A stretch of 63,891 bases of DNA, counting the filler, from Octopus bimaculoides (taxonomy: Eukaryota): NCBI RefSeq assembly GCF_001194135.2. It is 8 parts of 6 records of this genome, joined end to end, with 100 filler letters (N's around TTAATTAATTAA, not from the genome) between each part and the next. Parts side by side here need not be neighbours in the genome. Positions count along the whole stretch, not along the records: positions 56,355 to 60,878 come from NC_068983.1; positions 60,979 to 62,063 come from NW_026439962.1; positions 62,164 to 63,891 come from NC_068989.1; 5 more parts are not named here. The stretch is one strand, 5' to 3'. The notes under the pieces are model-generated. The model had not been told where the DNA came from. It did not search any database and saw only the letters and a program-made list of their open reading frames with translations. Positions 58,271-63,891 of this stretch are shown here, in pieces. The translations under genes were made by a program, and so were the position numbers. Each line of letters opens with the position of its first letter. The first letter of the stretch is position 1.

Positions 58271-58768
58271 TTCTGCCTTTGTACATAAATACATAATACA
58301 AACACATATACAATGGCACACGTACAAATGCGCACGCATATATTTCCATACATTTGCGTCAAAACGTTTGAAGTATTGTGGACCTGTATTTGAATAAATA
58401 ATAAAAGCATTAAACGAAGCAAAAAATATAAGAAAAAAGAGAAACATGTAACAAAGGAGTTTTACTTTTTCTTGTGATATTTCAATCTTAAAACATCTTA
58501 GTCATGATGAACAGAGAAATTGACGAAAAAATACTTTTAAGAACCGATCGTAATAGTTTATGATCGTTTTCAAAGATCAACACAAAGAAAAACACTTCAT
58601 TACTCTCGAATCACTTTTGGCGAAAGAAAGGTGTGGTGAATCTATTGATATTTCATGGTTTAACTTTGATAAAACTACTTCAAAAAAGAAAGAAACGGCT
58701 CATATGTACATATTCGGTTGCCAGATAAATTTGTTCGTTTCTTTCCAGTGTTATTTTGAATGAACCCG

Positions 58769-58985
58769 AAGGCAGGGAGCTGGCAGAATCGTTAGCACGA
58801 CGGACGAAATGCTTAGCGGTATTTTGTCTGTCTTTACGTTCTGAGTTCAAATTCCGCTGAGGTCGACTTCGCCTTTCATCCTTTCGGGGGTTGATAAATT
58901 AAGTACCAGTGAAACACTGGGGTCGACGCAATCGACTCATCCCCTCTCCCAAAATGGCTGCCCTTGTGGCAAAATTTGAAGCCGT
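58769..58985 (+). mobile_element. SINE family C (alternative tail) with ~20-bp imperfect TSD
   Basis: Flanks GTTATTTTGAATGAACCCGAA (58750-58770) and GTTATTTGAATTCACCCGAA (58984-59003). Confidence 0.88.
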
Positions 58986-59391
58986 TATTTGAATTCACCC
59001 GAACAATCTATTTATCGTCGTTTTTACGTTTCTTTGTAACTCTATTCTTCATCTGCAAATTTTGTTAATCGTTTTTGAAATTAAAATAAATTTATCACTT
59101 TCCAGACTTTTGACGATAGAATACTAAGAAGAANNNNNNNNNNNNNNNNNNNNNNNNNNNNNNNNNNNNNNNNNNNNNNNNNNNNNNNNNNNNNNNNNNN
59201 NNNNNNNNNNNNNNNNNNNNNNNNNNNNNNNNNNNNNNNNNNNNNNNNNNNNNNNNNNNNNNNNNNNNNNNNNNNNNNNNNNNNNNNNNNNNNNNNNNNN
59301 NNNNNNNNNNNNNNNNNNNNNACTCTGGCGTTCCTTTATCAATATCAATTTTCTCTTTCAATGGCGGGTTATTCGTGGACACAAAAAGATA

Positions 59392-59640
59392 TTCATTCAC
59401 CTCATAGTCAACGGTAATGAAAAGTGTGATGTCTCTACGTCAATATGAATCAGAGGAAATAATAGCTGAATCCTGACAAGCAAGCAATAATTCGAGCCAA
59501 GCCAGAACTACATCCATGCCAGAAAATGAACTGCGTTTGGTGGGACTGGGAAGCGCTTATCCACAACAACACGCTTGAAAACGTTCGCACAAGCTTTACT
59601 TACAACAAATGAACACAGTTTCACTCATATTTTGTGTCTA
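59392..59640 (+). mobile_element. Second mariner transposase relic (catalytic-domain fragment)
   Basis: My translation gives FIHLIVNGNEK, then after a frameshift CLYVNMNQRK**LNPDKQAIIRAKPELHP and CVWWDWEALIH. Confidence 0.72.
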
Positions 59641-59749
59641 AACCTTAAATATATAAATTAAAATCTCTGCTCCTGATATTGAAAACCCTTTCTTCCAAAT
59701 GTTTCAAATAACATAACATGCATAATATATATATATATATATATATATA

Positions 59750-59937
59750 GGGAGAATTCACAAAAATCAACAGACCAAGACAGGTGGTGTAGAAAACAAA
59801 CAAACGTATTAGTATAACGCTCGGGAATTGAAAAAGTTTTTAATGTTTCGAGCTTACGCTCTTCCACAGAAAGGAACACAGAAAGAAACGAGGAGAGAAA
59901 AAATGTGTGTAGTGGTTAGCGATCTATCATGCCGAAT
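59750..59937 (-). mobile_element. Family F copy 3
   Basis: Abuts (TA)n. Motif at 59837-59873, minus strand: CTTT-CTGTGGA-A-GAG-CGTAAG-CTC-GAA-ACAT-T-AAAA (stem III mutated). Confidence 0.75.
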
Positions 59938-59958
59938 ATATATACATACGAACGTACG

Positions 59959-60014
59959 TTGGTTTATATCGGACGAATAGGAGAGGAATGCTCAATACAT
60001 GTTTTAGAGAACAC
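59959..60014 (+). pseudogene. Possible GIY-YIG endonuclease relic (PLE)
   Basis: LVYIGR, then after a frameshift LNTCFREH. This resembles the YIG-x-T-x-R...L-x-x-R-F-x-E-H motif but is very short. Confidence 0.4.
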
Positions 60015-60826
60015 GGATTTATTTTAGTGAAACTGAAACTGAGAGTATGCCGCACGACTATAATTTCAAACCACTGTCATCTTGCGAGTACTCGCCTGAG
60101 GATCGCAAAGGCTTGAAATTCGAATAATCAAAGAAACTTTCAGTTTTACACACATACTTCCTTTTATTATATCTGGTATATATGCATGTATGTGCGAGCA
60201 GAGAACTTTGAGAGAGAATCGACGATTGGCAAAAGAGCAAGTTACATGATGAGAAGAGTGATATACAAAAACACGGAGTCCAATAACAATACTTACAATC
60301 TAGAAATAACCTGTTCTGCTCCAGCTTTACACTAGGTGACGAGAAAATAGGAAGTATTGTCTTACATTTTCAACAACCCTATTTCCATTTAATAAAATTA
60401 ATACTAGTAAAATACTCGGGGATTGATTCGAAACAACGATGTCATCTAATTGAATTGTGTGCTGTACGAAAATATCAGTAAGCATGAGGAGGAAGAAAAA
60501 GAAAAAATAAGGTAAAAGAAATAATTTAATACAATATTTGACATTTCCTGTCTAATACTAGAATTGGCGCCATCTATGTGTGTTTCCAGCTCCTGTTTGT
60601 TGTGCTCCTAATTCGATGACATATTGTTTGTTTCTAGTATTATTGCATGGAAGATAGCTCACGGCGATATTTACTGGAATGGATGTTTAGACAAAACTCT
60701 TCAAGACTTAGCATGTATGTACCTATGTATGTATGTATATGCATGCATGTGTGTACGTAAGTATATACGTATGTACGTATGCATGTATGTACACTGATAT
60801 ATATATGTATATATATACGCATACAC

Positions 60827-60878
<52 letters not shown>

Positions 60879-60978
60879 NNNNNNNNNNNNNNNNNNNNNN
60901 NNNNNNNNNNNNNNNNNNNNNNTTAATTAATTAANNNNNNNNNNNNNNNNNNNNNNNNNNNNNNNNNNNNNNNNNNNN

Positions 60979-61985
60979 TGGGTGCCAGTCTACAAATTTA
61001 GTTCGATTTCGATTTCACTTGCCTCAAACAGGTCTTCGCAAGCGTCATTTAGTGTCCAATGAGGGAAAGGTACGCATAAGTGGGCTGGCTACACACCTGG
61101 CAGAAACCTTGGATTTTGGTCTCACTTGGCTTGCCGGGTCTTCTCATGCACAGCATATTTCCAAAGGTCTTGGTCAGAAGTCATCGCCTCGGTGAGGCCA
61201 NNNNNNNNNNTTGGCTTGCCGGGTCTTCTCATGCACAGCATATTTCCAAAGGTCTTGGTCAGAAGTCATCGCCTCGGTGAGGCCAAATGTTCGAAGGTCG
61301 TGCCTCACCACCTCATACCAGGTCTTCCTGTGCCTACCAGCGCAATCGTCTCTCTTGCACACCACAACTGATGTTTCTTAGGTTCAACTTTTCTCTCAAG
61401 GTGCTTACACTCTGTCTAGTATGCACGCCGACATTACTCATCCATCGGAGCATACTAGCTTGATTCCTTGCGAGTCAGCAGTCATGGCCCATGTTTCACT
61501 GCCATGAAGCATGGCTGTTCGTACACATGCGTCATACAGTCTGCCTTTTACTCTGAGAGGGAGACCCTTTGTCACCAGTAGAGGTAAGAGCTCTCCGAAC
61601 TTTGCCCAGGCTATTCTTATTCTAGCAGATACACTTTCAGCGCACCCACCCCCGCTACTAAATTGGTCACCTAGATAGTGGAAGCTATCAACTACATCTA
61701 GTTTTTCTCCCTGGAATGTGGCAGAAGTTGTTTTCTGCATATTTTCAGTGTTTATTGCACCTGAAAATTTGCTACATACAAAAACTAACTTCCTAGTTAA
61801 CTTTCCTTTGATATTGGTACACCTCTTATGTGTCCATAGTTTGCACTGGGCGCATCTTATAGAGTTTCTACCTATGCCTTTTCTACAGATCGAGCAGGGC
61901 CATCTACCTGAAGGAGTTTGTGTTTTTTCTACCTTCCTACTTATTAGGACTTTGGTTTTAGCTAGGTTGACTCTAAGGCCGTTCG
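60979..61985 (-). mobile_element. 5'-truncated RTE-clade LINE with PHD-finger insertion
   Basis: GLRVNLAKTK, then CSIC...CAQC..WTHKRC...CSKF, then LDVVDSFHYLG, ARIRIAWAKFGELLPLL, KGRLYDACVRTAMLHGSETW and GRHRKTWYEVVRHDL. The 3'UTR runs into a spacer. 61126-61200 is duplicated across a 10-N gap. Confidence 0.9.
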
Positions 61986-63231
61986 ATGCATACATATATA
62001 CATATATATATACATGCATACATACATATATATATATATGCATATATATATATATATATATATNNNNNNNNNNNNNNNNNNNNNNNNNNNNNNNNNNNNN
62101 NNNNNNNTTAATTAATTAANNNNNNNNNNNNNNNNNNNNNNNNNNNNNNNNNNNNNNNNNNNNAAAGGGTGGAAAATTTTGCCATCTTTGTGTTACAGAA
62201 CTCCTCTTTATTTTATTTTCAAAGAATAATCTGGTAAATACTTTCATAGAACATTCTTACAGATGTAAACTGGCAAAAACATACATTTTCAGCATTTAAA
62301 TAACAGTCACTGTTTTTATAAAACGCTATCATATTTACCCGTAATAAGTAGATTCTTCAAATAGTTCTAATAAAACATATTATTATTTCCCTCAAAGGTT
62401 AGAAGATTAAAATTATTTACGATTCAAATTATTTATCTAAACTTTCGTAATTTATTAACCTAAATTAGAGGATATTTTAAATCTTGATAAACTCTTGTAA
62501 CAACCAAAACATACAAAATTTATGTACGTATGAATATACTGGTATGGGTATTTATATATACGCGTGTATCTGTGAGAGAGAATGTGTATGTGTGTGTCTG
62601 TGTATACATATTCAGGGTTTTGTATAAACTAGAGGTGTTTCTATTGATTTTTTTGTGTAGATATACGCATTATCATTTATATTTTTACTTTTACCCTTGT
62701 TTTTACTTATTAATATTATTTTTAAAAAATATATCAATATGCATTTACGTATGGTTTTTTGGATGTACGTACATTTTTGTGTACAGATGTATTTATTTAT
62801 ACATAGGTTTATTTATATATTCATATATGAGTGTATTTGTGAATAAGTATGGGAGCGTATTTGTGTAGTTGTATGTTTTATAAAAAAAGATATGTCCATA
62901 TTTAGATGTATGTGTGTGTGTAAATATACATGTGTGTATATGATTGTGTAAAGAAGTTTATGTGAGTGTGTATGTCCACGTGTGTATGTATATGTATATA
63001 TATGTGTGTGTCTGTGTATATATATATATATANNNNNNNNNNNNNNNNNNNNNNNNNNNNNNNNNNNNNNNNNNNNNNNNNNNNNNNNNNNNNNNNNNNN
63101 NNNNNNNNNNNNNNNNNNNNNNNNNNNNNNNNGTGTGTGTGTGTGTGTGTGTGTATGTGTGTGAGTGTGTGTGTGTGTATGTATTGGTGTGTGTGTCTGT
63201 GTGAGTGTGTGAGACATTCTCCGTATAGAAT

Positions 63232-63440
63232 ATAAGAACTTTTTGTTAGAATGGTCTATTATTGGGAGGAATTTCCCTTACGATAACGGTAGGAGGTATT
63301 GCAACTTGTGCAATCTTGAGTTGTTTTTTATTCTATTTTCAAAGCATAAACTAATTAATAAACTAACATATAATGTGTTCAGATGTGTTCACGTTCGCAA
63401 ACATACTTATTTTTGGTTTAGATCATTTCTCCTATAGCTG
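63232..63440 (+). mobile_element. Penelope-like element C-terminus (GIY-YIG tail with Cys/His cluster)
   Basis: LEWSIIGRNFPYDNGRRYCNLCNLELFFILF...LINK...RCVHVRK matches the PLE C-terminal W-x-I...CxLC...CxH pattern. Flanked by microsatellites. Confidence 0.75.
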
Positions 63441-63529
63441 AATGTTGTTATGATCAGGTATTAGGGTCTGGGTTTTAGTATTTTTCGTTCTGCTATTGCT
63501 CTATTTACTTATTCGTACATCCTTTCATA

Positions 63530-63677
63530 TACATGTGCAAGTGTATATACATATGCATGGTTATATGTGGAAAAATGTGTGTATATATATGTATGTATGT
63601 GTGTATGTGTGTATATATGTATATGGGTATGTGTATGTATATGTATGTGTGTATGTATATGTATAAATATTTATATG

Positions 63678-63730
<53 letters not shown>

Positions 63731-63837
63731 GTGTATATATGTGTGTGTGTAATGTTGTGTATGTGTGTATATATGTATATGTATATGTATGTGTATATAT
63801 GTATATATGTGTATATGTATATATATATATATATATA
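63530..63837. repeat. (TA/TG)n compound microsatellite
   Basis: Direct. Confidence 0.92.
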
Positions 63838-63891
63838 AAGTGAAGTATATTGCCATTTAAATGTGGCTGACCCTAATACCTCGTTTAGAGA

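Overview
AT-rich eukaryotic DNA from a gapped draft assembly, saturated with microsatellites and transposable-element debris. The SINE, RTE and MITE sequences match repeats I recall from octopod cephalopods (Octopus-like); this is inferred from memory, not from a search. I can support no intact host gene, tRNA, rRNA or CRISPR array, and most ORFs in the track are microsatellite or N-gap translations. Retroelement content: CR1/L2-group LINE relics (69-1860, 6190-8333, 17165-17900, 22880-24660), an RTE LINE with a PHD finger inside the RT region (60979-61985), an R4/Dong-like C-terminus (36914-37255) and four Penelope-like element (PLE) protein relics (RT and GIY-YIG). DNA-transposon content: two mariner relics, a FLYWCH-MULE relic and Tc1/pogo-, hAT- and piggyBac-type MITEs. 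At least four tRNA-headed SINE families are present, which I label A-D, several copies with target-site duplications (TSDs). The best candidate for an under-described system is a set of minimal, non-canonical hammerhead-ribozyme-like motifs. One has a U4C core (2911-2958). The other is a three-copy A6U-core family (32736-32771, 44771-44807, 59837-59873) inside a short (TA)n-anchored repeat, in a window that also carries PLE RT and endonuclease relics. Cleavage activity is untested. The window also directly shows a SINE-LINE pair sharing a 3' stem-loop tail, and assembly artefacts: six-frame-stop linkers and duplicated flanks at 10-N gaps.
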